From Camelus dromedarius (Eukaryota), in the NCBI RefSeq assembly GCF_036321535.1, contig NC_087447.1:36582001-36646000 (forward strand): a stretch of 64,000 nucleotides of DNA, written 5' to 3'. The position numbers and the translations under genes were made by a program. Below the pieces are notes generated by a model, which did not search any database, was not told the DNA's origin, and saw only the letters and a program-made list of their open reading frames with translations. Below are positions 40,111 through 52,727 of this stretch, piece after piece; position 1 is the stretch's first letter, and each line of letters begins with the position of its first letter.

Positions 40111-40404
40111 TTTTTAGAATCAGCGAGAATATAGGAATACTATCTTTTTAAAGAAAAAGATCACCTTTTGATGATCAAAGGAAACTTCATATTTCTTCTT
40201 CTCTATTGTTCCCAAACAACCTTTGTGTAATTGAAGCTGGACTTGGTCCAGGGGGTTAGGGAGATTTTCAAATTCTCTTTTAATCCCAGGTCTTTGTTTT
40301 CTTACTTTTTCTAGCCAACTCTTCTTATTGCTGTAGGCTTTCTTTTTCTGGGAAGTTGTGTTCATTTAATTTATTGTAGGTACTTCATGGACTTGAATAA
40401 TAAT

Positions 40405-40530
40405 ATTATGGAACTCTAGAGCTTACTTTTGAGATCATCTAGTCCAGTTCTTGTATTTGAAAAATAAGAACAGTGAGACAAAAATGCTGAAATGACTTAC
40501 CCAAGGTAACTCTAGTTAGAGGTAGACAAA
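40405..40530 (-). mobile_element. MIR fragment
   Basis: ttgagatcatctagtcca...gtgagacaaaaatgctgaaatgacttacccaagg. Confidence 0.65.
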
Positions 40531-41199
40531 TAGATGCCACTTACTAAGGAAGAATGAAGACACATTATAAATACACGTCTAACTACTGATCATTTTAGTG
40601 GTAGAAGGGAGATGAAATAAAGCTAACATGTGGTGGTGGTGGTGGTGGGGTTGGGATTCAGATCAGATTTTTTGTATAACTCTTAAAGCTCCATTTTAAA
40701 TAAATTAAACTTTTTTTTTTTTATTGACAACCTCCCTCCCCTGCAAAAAAACCAAACCAAAACAAAAAACAAACAAAAAACCAAACAAACAGCATAACTG
40801 GGGAGACTAGCATAGCATTCAATATATGTAAACTTTCTTGATCCAGGCACTGTGTAAAATACTTTCATACACATTATTATAACTTAGAATTTAAATACTT
40901 TTTTTCCAGTGTGATAAATTAGTGAACTCTTCTGTTCCTTAGTTTTTGCAACTGTAGAAAGGGACCTGATATTATTCAACTTTATAAGATGTTGTGAGAT
41001 ATAAGAACTAGTATATGATTGAAAAATGCAGTATACATTTGACAGAATATTATGTGTAAATTTGTGCTTTATCCAAAGAAATAGCCCAAGGCAAATATGA
41101 ACCATAATATTTAGATCTGTATAAATAACATTTTATTTTTGGATAGTTCAGAACATATTTAGAAAGTTTGGATTATATTTAAACATAAAATAATCTGTT

Positions 41200-41580
41200 A
41201 TTTCACCTTATTATTTTATAATAAAAATGTATTCTCTAGAAACATTTTGGTATGTTTCATTTCAGTCTTTTATCTATGTGTGTATGAGAAGAAAGAACAT
41301 GTCTAGCTTGTTTACTGCCCTCTCTCCAGTACCCAGAACAGTACGTGGCTCATAGTAGGTACTTGAAAAATGATTTTTGAGCAAATGGAAAAAAGGGCAA
41401 AAATTGCATCATACTGTAGATACAGTTTTAAACTTAAGAAATAGTTTTATTGGACCTTTTCACGTCTTTGAAAATAGCATTTTAATCGACTATATCATAT
41501 ACCATCATATGGATGTACTGCAATTTGTTTTACCATTAAATTATTGATTCCCAACTTTTCACTATTATGATGTGAAAGTC
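41200..41580. mobile_element. Old L1ME fragment (-) with embedded L2/MIR tail (+, ~41300-41385)
   Basis: ccagtacccagaacagtacgtggctcatagtaggtacttg; ccatcatatggatgtactgcaatttg...ttcccaacttttcactatt. Confidence 0.55.
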
Positions 41581-41669
41581 AATTTATGAGGATATCTTCC
41601 ACTTATTATTAAAGTGGTAAAATTTAAAAATTAATGGAAAAAAACATTTATGACCATAGAACCCTGCCA

Positions 41670-42000
41670 AACCCTATCACCTTCTTCAGGTCTTAGCTTA
41701 GATGTCATCTTCTCAGTTGAGGTCTACCTTGACCACTCTATTTTAAAATTGTAACCCTTCAGACATTCCTGATTTCCCTAATGTAAATCTGTTTCTGTTG
41801 CCTTAATCAACTCTCAACATACAATGTAATTTGCATGTCTGTTAAATTTATTTACCATTTCCCCCTTGTATATTCCCAGGATATAAGCTCTAGATATGGA
41901 GAATTTTTGACTGTTTTTGTCACTTATATTCCTTGGTGTCTTGAACAATGCCTAAAATGCACCTAGTAGGTGCTCAACAATATTTGTTGAATGCATTTAT
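41670..42000 (+). mobile_element. L2 LINE 3' end
   Basis: ttcttcaggtcttagcttagatgtcatcttctcagttgaggtctaccttgacc...atataagctct...tagtaggtgctcaacaatatttgttgaatg. Confidence 0.85.
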
Positions 42001-42594
42001 TAAAACTTAAAAAGATGGGAATGTCTATTTTTTAAGTCAAGAATCAATCCTTTTTTTCTTTTTCTTTTTTCACATAGGCAACTCTAGTAAACCAATTTGT
42101 ACACTGGCCAAGGACTTCTGTTTCCTCAATGTTTATATGTACACATTATCCAGTTAAGTCATGGCACTTGACTGAATCTTGCATAGGCCATATTGGATAC
42201 AGTCTGAATGTCTTGCAACATATGCTAAAGCTTTTGTCACTTGAAGTCACTCTGAACACTAACTTTGGGGAGATAGTTCTGGATGACAGACGTAAACGGT
42301 GTAACTCCCAGTGATCCTTTTCCTTGTCTAAAAGTCTTTTGAGTAAGACTCAAAGTATGGTTCCAATCTGGGCAAACTCAGGTTAACTTGATTTACTATA
42401 TTTTGGAATGATTTTACCTTATTTTGCTCCTAACTGATGTTGGTCTTATTCTTGAATTTTTTTTAGGAAAGACATTTCACAAACTCCTGTTTATTTCTTT
42501 CACTGTGTATAGTTTGTATTTTTCTTTAAAAATAATATAAAACAATCACCACTTTATATCCTTTGTAGATAAATGTTAATTATAATCTTTATAT

Positions 42595-42816
42595 AATAGC
42601 AATTTATGTAGCTACAATAATCCCTAATATTTATATGGTCTTTATAGTTTCAAAGCTCTTTAATAAATGTGATCTCTTTTAATTATCAAAATAATCTTAG
42701 ATTTATAGGGCATGGTTTATTATGCCCATTTAGGGACCAAGGCACAGAAAAGTTAGAGACTTAATCTAGATCATAAATCTAGGAAGTGGTAGAGAGGCCA
42801 CTAGAATCCAAGTCTT
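42595..42816 (-). mobile_element. MIR SINE interrupted by L1 (resumes ~43589-43625)
   Basis: tatgcccattt...gaccaaggcacagaaaagttagagactt...ctagaatccaagtctt | ctgagttct. Confidence 0.75.
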
Positions 42817-43588
42817 TTTTTTTTTTTAACATTTTTTTTTAATGAGTTATAGTCATTTTATAATGTTTCAAATTCCAGTGTAGAGCACAATTTTTCAGTT
42901 ATACATGAACATACATTCATTGTCACATTCTCTTTCTCTGTGAACCACCACAAGATCCTGTATATATTTCCCTGTGCTATACAGTGCAATCTTGTTTATC
43001 TATGCTACATTTTGAAATCCCTGTCTGTCCCTTCCCACCCCCCTGTCTCCCTGGTAGCCACAAGTTTGTATTCTATGTCTATGAGTCTGTTTCTGTTTTG
43101 TATTTATGTTTTTTGTTTTTAGATTCTGCATATGAGTGATATCATATGGTATTTTTCTTTCTCTTTCTGGCTTACTTCACTTAGAATGACATTCTCCAGG
43201 AACATCCATGTTGCTGCAAATGGCATTATGTTGTCAGTTTTTATGGCTGAGTAGTATTCCATTGTATAAATATACCACCTCTTCTTTATCCAGTCATCTG
43301 TTGATGGACATTTAGTCTGTCTCCATGTCTTGGCTATTGTAAATAGTGCTGCTATGAACATTGGGATGCAGGTGTCATTTTGAAGTAGGGTTCCTTCTGG
43401 ATATATGCCCAGGAGCGGGATTCCTGGGTCATATGGTAAGTCTATTCCTAGTCTTTTGAGGAATCTCCATACTGTTTTCCACAGTGGCTGCACCAAACTG
43501 CATTCCCACCAGCAGTGTAGGAGGGTGCCTTTTCTCCACAGCCTCTCCAGCATTTGTCATTTGTGGACTTTTGAATGATGGCAATTCT
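42817..43588 (-). mobile_element. 5'-truncated young LINE-1 (ORF2 C-terminus plus 3'UTR and poly-A)
   Basis: ORF 43119-43553(-) [24 protein letters not shown]...MEYYSAIK...LSEVSQ is L1 ORF2 end; poly-T at 42815-42840; TSD CAAGTCTT at 42809-42816 and 43589-43596. Confidence 0.97.
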
Positions 43589-44444
43589 CAAGTCTTCTGA
43601 GTTCTATTAATCTAGTACTGTTTTTCTTTTAGTCATTTGTACCTTCTCTCCAGGTTAAATAATCATTGTTTTGTTGACCCTTCTTAGTAGGTTCCATGAA
43701 AATAAAAGGAAATGACTAGAATTATAATTATTTTCATTTTACTTTACCTGGTTTACTATTCCAATTCTCTTAGACTTTCCTTTAGCTTTCTATGGTTCTT
43801 CTTTTTCTTTTTCTGTAGTCTTATTCTGACTATAAACATGGGCTTTTGTAGCAATTTGTGGAACAACTGGCTGCCATATCTGTCTTTTCACCTTTTAGCT
43901 AGTTGTTGATTTCATATCTCTCGATAAGACTAAGTAAGTCCTGTTCATCATAACAGGTAGATATCAGACTGGTAGGGATCCACTGGGGTGTGCACAGCCG
44001 TGGGAGAAAGTTAAGATAGCAGATGCAATGCATTAGGTGAAAGACTGGACAATGAACACTAACAAGTGTAGTTCATGTATGGGAAAGAGAGGTATAAAAC
44101 AGGAGATTAAAGTGTTCCATAAAGCAGACAAAGCAAGAAAAGTCCAGGACAGGTGAGCCTTAAGAGATTTAGGCAGCTAATATGGCCACAGACATCAAGT
44201 GGAGTTAGAGAGATTCCAGTTTCTGCATCGTCTGCAAGTGGAAGGTTACCAAGATCATGGAAAGGTCATGGTATTAGATGGACTAGTGCACTCAGATACA
44301 GGAAAACGAAGTAGAATCCTAGTTATTGGAATCAAAGCAAAAAAGTCAAGGCCAAACTGGAAGCAAGAATAATAATTAATTTCATTCTGAGTTAAGGGAT
44401 TGTTTTGGAGTCTCTTTTAGATGAGGGCAGAAATGATCCTAGAG

Positions 44445-44588
44445 CAGTGGCTCTCAAATTTTTAATGTACGTAAGAAACCCTGGGGTGCTTCGGATTTCT
44501 GAAGTGGGACCCAGGTGTCTATATTTTAAACAAGAGCCTCAAATTATTCTGATGCAAGTATTTACAGATCATATTTGAAGAAAATTGC
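44445..44588. mobile_element. MER5-family MITE
   Basis: cagtggctctcaaatttttaatgtacgtaagaaaccctgggg...gtgggacccagg...attttaaacaag...attctgatgca. Confidence 0.75.
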
Positions 44589-46287
44589 CATAAAGTCGGG
44601 GATGGCACTTCTTGTGGAATAAGGGACCAAGTGATCACAGCCCTTGAGAAAAGAGGAATTTAGAGGTTGAGAGTCAGGCCTCTCTATTGAGAGAAAAATG
44701 TGTTTTCGTCAGAGCTGATTTGTATTTATCTGCATGTAAGAAAGCAGAAAACAATGGGCTGATATGCACTGGACTGGTGTGTTGTAAGCCTATTATGTTT
44801 TTTTATCTTGTTTCTTGTGTTTATGACCTGAGTGCTTTTTAGTATCTAACATAAAGATTCGTACTTTTTAGAGTAAAAATGTAAGGCCGATTGTTCTTTT
44901 GTGCCTAATCTACACTGTCCCTCATTTTTACTTTCCATTTGTTATCTGCATAATTGAATTTCCACTTTCCCTCCCACGTCATAAATTGATTAGCTTGAGT
45001 TGGGCAGACTGCAGTAATGCTAAGGGTTAACCAGAAGAGAATTACAAATGAACTATCTAGAAAGTTGATTATTAATCCAGCTAGAGAAAAAAATATCCTT
45101 TTACTTAGCAAGAATGAGTATCCGAAGAGCTGATAATATTGTTCAGGCAGTGAGGTGGAATGGCAGAGCTTGGTAAGTAAAACAAAAATTGGGATTAATC
45201 TTTTATATCAATTTTTTAAAATGCCTTGAATGTTGATGTATTTAAACAATTAAACCTAATATGAATTTACAAGCTGCCGGAACAAATCTAAAAGGTTCCA
45301 AATGTGTTTGTTAATAAGATCCCCACGTAGGCTATCAGTAAAAGTTAACTGAAAAGTATTTACACAAGTTGATAAATATATTTAATTTTGAAGTTTTATA
45401 AAAACACATGATTAAATTTGTGATTAAGAACAAGGAAGTGGCCATGGAGGAATGATTCCTATTAACAATCTTAAGTCCAAGCCTCAAACTGAAGAATACT
45501 GAGTGACAAACTGTTGTTTTTTTTTCACAAGGGCAAGTTCTAGATTCTTAGGTATGAAAATGAAAATATAATTTAAAATATATTTGCATAAAGATTCAGT
45601 GAGATATTTTTCAGACTTTTAGGTGACAAAAATTGTCATAAATTCTCTTATTTTCTGAGTCCTGGCACTCATTTCATCCTGATGTTTAATTTAAGGACCT
45701 TTCTAAAGACAGCTTTTATTGTATTTGTGAATTGGAAGGAAAGAAATGAGAGGATCTGTGCTATTTGTACAAAGGAAATTAAGTGAAAAGATATGATTTT
45801 AATAATGTTCTTTCATTGAAGACTGCTTCTCCTGTTGTAGGAGAAATTTTGATGTCAATATTCAATTCTATAAAATTGAAGTTTTGCATGAATTACTTGA
45901 TATTACAAAAATGAGCCTTTAAAACATAGTATGGACCATACTGAATATTATTGCAGCTTTATGCTATCATAAAACATTCCAGTGTAGCATTGTACTTAGG
46001 AGAAGTTAACTTATTAAACTGTCCTTAAATTGTAATTGTGTACCATCAAATGCAGGGTTTTAACCTTTTCTTTAAAGGTATTTCTTTAGTAGCAATACAG
46101 AGGCCTCAAATTAACATTTTGTTACTTAATGCTTACATTAGCACAGAGAAGTATATTTTTAAAAAACCTATAAATATAGGAAGTATATGTTATATGTGTT
46201 AATATGTCTGTGTATGTGTTTTTGAATATATATAGTACATATGAATTCAAAATTCCAGAGCACCATTTGGCCATATACACTCAGCTT

Positions 46288-46470
46288 CTTAAAAAAAGTT
46301 TACATTTTATTTATTTCTATTTATTTTTTATTTTATTTATTTTTAAAAAAAATTTTTTTGGGGGTAATTAGGTTTATTTATTCATTTTTTAAATGGAGGT
46401 ACTGGGGACTGAACCCAGGACCTCATGCATGCTAGGCATGCACTCTACCACTGAGCTATACCTCCCCCAT
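46288..46470 (-). mobile_element. tRNA-derived SINE (camelid vic-1 type) with A/T-rich tail and TSD
   Basis: Minus strand GGGGAGGTATAGCTCAGTGGTAGAGTGCATGCCTAGCATGCATGAGGTCCTGGGTTCAGTCCCCAG; A box 46448-46458, B box 46405-46415; TSD TACACTCAGCTT at 46276-46287 and 46471-46482. Confidence 0.9.
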
Positions 46471-46874
46471 TACACTCAGCTTTTTTAAGTTTTAATGTTC
46501 TGTCCCATATTTAGGACTGGGAATATAAACTATAGTAAGTGAAATAATAAAAACAATAATTAAAATTAATTGAACTCTTGTGTGCTAAATGCTATGTTAA
46601 ATGCTTTATCTCATTTAAACTTCATATTAACTCTGTGGTTGTTGGAAAGCTACACGGATTATAGTGTATGCTAAAACAAAAGATAAGCTAATTAAAGAGC
46701 CTCTACCATCTAATGCTAAAAATGTAGAAAAAAAGGCCCGTGAAACAAAGTGTATAAGAAGGGAGATCCCTAAATTCTGTGTACTTGTCTTTCTCAAAAT
46801 TGCAAAAATTTAATATGAGCCTGAGAAAGAAGAGGAGAAGGAAATGAGCTGGTGATTCTTAGTATTCATTAATT

Positions 46875-47110
46875 CTTTAAAAAAATTTTTTATTATGAAA
46901 ATTTCAGTCGCACAAAACTGTACAAAAATTAGGTTAAAATACCAGTGTACGAAATGAAACGTTACCAGTACAGTTGAAACCTTCTGTGAACTCTTTCTCA
47001 ATTTTATGTCTCCTTTCTTTGTGCCAGAGGTAACCATTCTTTAGAATCTGGTGTTTATCATTCCCATGCTTTTCTTTATACTTATGCTGAAATTTCATAT
47101 TCATTGTATA
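46875..47110 (-). mobile_element. Old L1M 3' end fragment
   Basis: ttttttattatgaaaatttcag...ccagaggtaaccattctttagaatctggtgtttatcattcccatgcttttctttatac. Confidence 0.7.
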
Positions 47111-47214
47111 TGTAGGAAGAAAAACTCCACTTACTATTCTTTGAGATATAAGAAAGACCTTTTCTTGGCTTCCTATTACACTTTAATAAAAACAAAAAAT
47201 CCTAAACATTATCT

Positions 47215-47668
47215 GCAAATCTCTGGTCCAGGGCCTTGCATTGCCAGCCTCAGCTCTTGCCTTTCTCCTAAGAGCTCTTTCTGATTCAGCTGCTATACTA
47301 ATCTATATCCTCCAAGTCTTTTCCTGTTCCAAAGCCTTCAAATAATGCTGTCTTCTCAACTGGAATACACTTCTCCCCACTCTTCTTCAGAGTGATTCAT
47401 GCTCATCCTTCAGATCGCTGTTTGTGTCATTTCTTCAGAGAAGTCTTCCCTGATCCTTCCAATTCAAATCTTGTTTGCCTGCAAAGATCTTGCCTCCCAC
47501 CCTTTAATAATAGCAGATACTGATATTTTAAAGTATGTATTTGTTTGTGTGATTTTTGTTTAATGTCTGTCATTCACTCTGGACTTACCTATTTTGTTCT
47601 CAGATGTTTTCCCTAGTATCTAGCACACATGTCTTATATATTACAGGTATTCAATAAATATTTGCTGT
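47215..47668 (+). mobile_element. L2 LINE 3' end
   Basis: tggaatacacttctcccc...ctcatccttcagatc...cttcagagaagtcttccctgatcc...cctagtatctagcac...caggtattcaataaatatttgctg. Confidence 0.8.
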
Positions 47669-48544
47669 CGTTTTCAAGGAGAGGAATGTAGTAAATGAAA
47701 AAGATGAAGAAAGGGAGATTTAGAGAAAGAAAGAAAACTGCATAAAAATGGAGTCTGTGGGTTAGTTTGTATATAATGCTTAGATAAAATTATACAACTT
47801 GATGCTACCTAAGTTTGGGGTGAGAGAGGTGGTAAGACCTTGTTTGTTTCTTGCCATCTAGCTCTGGAACATTTTTATTCATTGTTGTTTCTTGTTTTTC
47901 AGTGCAGTATTTCACTTTTGTGTTCTCATTTTGTGGAATCTATATTCCTCATGCAAGAACTGAGCTTTCAGATTGTAAACTTGTAGAATAGCCCCAGTAT
48001 CTATAATCTTAATGTGGAAACAATATAATGGGTTCTAAAAATCTGGAAAAATATCAGGCACAAAGTTGAGGAAATATATGTGGTACTCTAGCATAGGAAA
48101 ACCATGTGGCCACTTATTTATGAGTTTCAAGGTGGGTAACTACAACTAAAATATTCATAGTTGTGAAATAGTTGCTATAATATTGGTAGGCAGTTTGATT
48201 TTTTTTTAGGAGAATATAGAAAAGGTTATAAAAAAGGAAAAAAGAATATGAAATCAGTCTGAGAGGAAGGCTGGGTTTTCAAAATGTCAGAATATACTTA
48301 TGTCGTATTCTATGTAAATCTTTGTTGGCATTTGTAATTAAAGTCCAAGGCCAAAGGATTATGCTGAATTTTGTTTTTGTTTCGTGGTGTGAGAAAAGGA
48401 GATAAAAAAGGAAATAAAAAAGAATTTAATTAAAAAGTCTTACTGTTGAAAGGATTTATAGAGTGTCTCATTTGTGTTATAGAAGGTGCCATTTTTATTA
48501 ATACTACTGTACCTTATATTTTTATTACTCCTTATACTTAAAAA

Positions 48545-48700
48545 TTTTCTTAATACATTATCTTATGTAATTCTGACAGCAACACTGTGAGATAGTTAAA
48601 GCAGGGGTCATTGTCTTCATTTCATAACTAATAAAGCTGGGACAGAAATCAGATAGAAGCTGGGACTAAGACTTAAAAAAAATTCCTAGATATAGTTTTG
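48545..48700 (-). mobile_element. MIR fragment
   Basis: tcttatgtaattctgacagcaacactgtgagatag...gtcttcatttcata. Confidence 0.55.
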
Positions 48701-49574
48701 AAGCCAAGACTAATGTTCACTCTACCTCTACCCCTCCAAAAAGGTTTAGATTGGAGAGTATAATTAGGTTCTTCCAAGGGCCAGGAATGATTAGGTGGAT
48801 AATCTCTTTAGGTTTTTTAGACTTAAACATTTTATTTTTCTCTAATTTCCTAAAGATTCAAAGTAGTTAATAATCTTCAGCAAATGGATCTGAGATGGTT
48901 AAATGCATATAATTAACAGACACACTGCTAAGTCTGTTCTAAGTTAAAACTTACTTGATGACATTTAATGGGTCCTGTCTTTGTCTGATATCTTAGGGTC
49001 CAAAAATAAGGAGCCAGATGTGAATTTATAAGAATGAAATACCATAATTTGGAGTAAATGAACTGTAACTTAAATAAAACCATGTGATAAAGCAGGGGAC
49101 ACAAGCCCCTTGGATGGAAACCCAAATCACATGAAGTGAGAATGGGCACCTTTTGGTACCCATTTAAAATATTTTTTACAAGAAAAGCGGAAGCCAATGT
49201 GTATGTTGCATTTACACATGTGTGCAGGCAAATGGAGGGGTATTTCTTTGAAGACAAAGAAATGCCAGGAGGTATTTTTAATGATTAGCCAAGAAGGCTG
49301 TTTTCTGCATTAAGGTAAAAGCCAAATCTTGTATTTCTCAATTGGACAAATAGCCTGGTTGCAGAGAAATTCCATTTCTCACTCTTTCTGGACCAGTAGG
49401 CACAAACTTCCCTTAGGTTAAAAGAACCAGGCATGTTCACTCTGAAGAATAGATGTCTTAATCCGATAGCTGTCCTGAAATGGCTAAAGTGCTGCGATAG
49501 GGGAAGAGCGTGTACTATGGAGGGCTAAACCCAAGTTAGCAGGTGAAAGTGACGGGAAGCCAGTCACAGGACCA

Positions 49575-49680
49575 GCAAAAAATATACTTTGTAACAGTGA
49601 CAGTTGTCTAAAAATGGAATGAACCTCCTTGTTGAGGTAGTGAAGGCCTTGTTATTAGAAGGAACTGGGGAGAAAATTTA
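49575..49680 (+). mobile_element. L3/CR1 LINE fragment
   Basis: taacagtgacagttgtctaaaaatggaatgaacctccttgttgaggtagtgaagg...ttagaagg resembles the CR1/L3 3' region. Confidence 0.55.
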
Positions 49681-50209
49681 AAATGTTGTGTTACAGCAAG
49701 TTGTTTCAATACTAAAATTTATAAGAAGATGTCCTCTATGTGTTAACTGGCTAAGACAAGGATGTGAGTCAACATAGCAAAGATATATTCTTCTTATACG
49801 TAGCCAAGGATGAACTTCATGAAGGCCAGGTTTACTTTCTGGGTTGCTCAGCCATACTTACTCTAGTATGTGAATGAAAAAATTGGTGGATTTTTATCTG
49901 TAGGCAGCCATTTGTTACCTGGAATTATCCCAAGTAAGACCTTTAGACTTCACCAGCTATTTCCAAACCTCAAAAGAATTGGTGTAAGAGACCAGAATTG
50001 TATTATAAGGAGAAAAAAGAGAAATCAGTTTGTTTTTCCATTGGGTCCAGATCTGGAGAGGAAGAATTTAATCTGAGTTAGGGAGAACAGATTTGAAAAT
50101 AACACTAAATCCACTTAATTACCTTTAAAAAGTTCCTGAGCTTCTGGCACATTAAAAGATAAAAAGTCACATTTTTAAGAACCTTAGAGATTTCCTGTTA
50201 TTTCAGTTT

Positions 50210-50720
50210 CTCCTTATTGAGGTAACACTTACATTTTAAACAATTAAAATATTTAAAAATTACAGAAGTAATATACAAATACATTCTTGTTGTAGAGTAG
50301 TGCTGACATATATCAGGCAATCATTAAATATTACTTGAATGAATAATTATAAAAAAAAAAGTGAAAGAAATTTTCTTTAATGTCTCTCCCCATCCTAAAT
50401 TCTACTTATCTTCCCAAATATAATATTATTTTCAATCTGGTTTATATCCTTCCAGACCTCTCTCTATGTAATAATATACAAATATACACAATTAAATAGA
50501 AATAAAAATAAATTGTGTGAGGGTATCACCCCTTTTACATATATTGCTTTATTCTTAACATATCCTTTTTCATTAATATTATGACTTAAACCTCTGTAAA
50601 TTTATATAGCTTTACTTTATTTTCTTCTGTGTAGTATTTTATACTATGTATGTGCCATTGTTATATTGATAGACATCTAAATTCTGATTTAAGTATTCTC
50701 AGTTGAAATTTTAGGTATTA
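50210..50720 (-). mobile_element. Old L1ME-type 3' fragment
   Basis: acagaagtaatatacaaatacattcttg...ctggtttatatccttccagacc...gtagtatttt...gtatgtgccatt...ttgatagacatcta. Confidence 0.6.
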
Positions 50721-52058
50721 AAAACCCAAGGGATGGCAAAATGTGACTATATTCTTTTAAACTATATAAAATGGGCATAGGAAGTTTCAACCTGGTGGGA
50801 TTATGAGAATTAAGGGCATTGTAGGCAAAAGAATAGACTGTGTAAAGACATGACTGAAAAAGCATGGTATCATTTACTTCTTCATTAAGGCAATCCAAGA
50901 AGTCTTTATTATCAGAGGATAATTGGTAGTGAGAAAAGGCCGCTTTAAATTAATCCATTTAAAATTGAATAAGGATAACAACTACAAACTCTGGACGTAA
51001 CATGAAAAGCAACTATCTAAAGATACTGGATAGCAACCCAAAGCAGGCTGTCTTGAGAGGAGATGACACTTGAAAGAAGGGAAGTAGGGGAGATACTGGG
51101 TAAGTTTGACATTTTCAAGATTTCCGTAGAAAGGCAGGCCTTAGTCTATAAAACTCCAATAGAAAAACCATTAGTTTTTCTGGTCTAGAGAATGGGGAGT
51201 GCAGACGTTGGGGCAACCGTAGCTGCTGGGAAGTGAGGACGTAATCCTGGAAAAGAAAGAGTCACAGAAACAGAGTTCCACATTCTGTATATAAACTTTG
51301 CTGCAATCTCTGACTGATCCCCAAACCATGCATGCTCGCACAGGCTTTAAGCAGCCCACATAAGGCTAAAAGAACTAAACACATATTTGAACTGCTGAGC
51401 ACTGTAGGTGAGACAGAATATGCAGTTTAAGTCTTAAGTGAGTGAACTCTTTGCTTAAACAAACAAAAAATGACAGTCTTTAGAGCACTATGAAAAAATT
51501 CAGAGTCTCTATGACATAATGGTCATGATGTCTAAAATATAATCCCAAATTACTCAACAAATATAGAATCAGGAAAATGTGAAAAAAATTAGGTCGTTTC
51601 AGCAGAGAGAGAGAAATTACAAAAACCAAGTGGGAACTAAAAACTGAAAAAAATGACATCTGAAATAAGAAAATAACTTGATGGGCTGTTTAGTATAATG
51701 AAGATGACAGAGGAAAAAACTTAGTCCCAGAAAAAAAGTAATGTTAGGGCAGAAAAAAAAATGCTTGAAGAAAGTGGTTCCAAATTTCCCAAATTTGGTG
51801 AGATATAAATTTACAGATTTAAGAAATTCAATGAACTTCAAGCAGGATAAATGCAAAGAAAAGTACAACTAGGCACATTAAAATAAATTGCTGAAAACAA
51901 GACAGATGTATAGATAAAAGTTGTTTTTTTTTGGTAAAGACCAATAAAAAAGAGAATGTAACTTACAAAGATTAGGAATGAAAGAGAAATTATCAGCACA
52001 GAATTTATAGAGATTAAGCAGACAATAAAGGAATGCTGTGAATATCATATCAGAAATG

Positions 52059-52337
52059 CAGACATACCTTGGAAATATTGCAGGTTTAGTTTTAGATCAC
52101 TGCAATAAAGTGAATATCACAATAGAGTCAAATTTTTTGGTTTCCCAGTGCATATAAAAGTTATGTTTACACTCTATTGTAGTCCATGAAGTGTGCAATT
52201 GTGTTAAAAATACTTTATTGCTAAAAAATACTAACCATCATCTGACAATGCGGGGTTGCCTCAAAACATCAATTTGTAGAAAACACAGTATCTGCAAAAT
52301 GTGATAAAGTGAAGTAGAATAAAATGAGGTATGCCTG
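52059..52337 (+). mobile_element. Internally deleted Tigger1 derivative (Tigger1a type)
   Basis: TIRs CAGACATACCTT (52059) and GAGGTATGCCTG (to 52337), TG/TA flanks; both Tigger1 termini joined with no transposase. Confidence 0.9.
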
Positions 52338-52453
52338 TACTACTTAGAAGAAATGGGTAAATTCCTAAAAAAATATGACTTACTAAAAATTGACACAGGA
52401 TGAAACAGAAAACCTAAATAACGTTTTATCTATAAAAGACATTGAATTTTTAA

Positions 52454-52727
52454 ATCTTCATTTTTTTATTGAAGTATGGTTGATTTACAATGTTGTGTTA
52501 GTTTCAGGTGTACAGCAAAGTGATTTAGTTACATATACATCTATTCTTTTTCAGATTCTTTTCCATTATAAATTATTACAGGATATTGACTATAGGTCCC
52601 TGTGCTATACAGTAGGTACTTGTTGGTTATCTATTTTGTATGTTGTAGTGTGTATGTGTTAATCCCAAATTCCTAATTTGTCCCTCCCCCTGACTTTCCC
52701 CTTTGGTAACCATAAGTTTATTTTCTA
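52454..52727 (-). mobile_element. LINE-1 3'UTR fragment inserted in the older L1M
   Basis: ttttttattgaagtatggttgatttacaatgttgtgttagtttcaggtgtacagc...ggtaaccataagttt; degenerate TSD agacattgaatttttaa / ggatactgaattttttaa. Confidence 0.9.

Noticed and set aside
46395..46468. tRNA gene
   Set aside because: SINE head with tail and TSD, not a functional tRNA locus
49633..49641. let-7-like TGAGGTAGT
   Set aside because: Lies within an L3/CR1-like fragment; rest of let-7 absent
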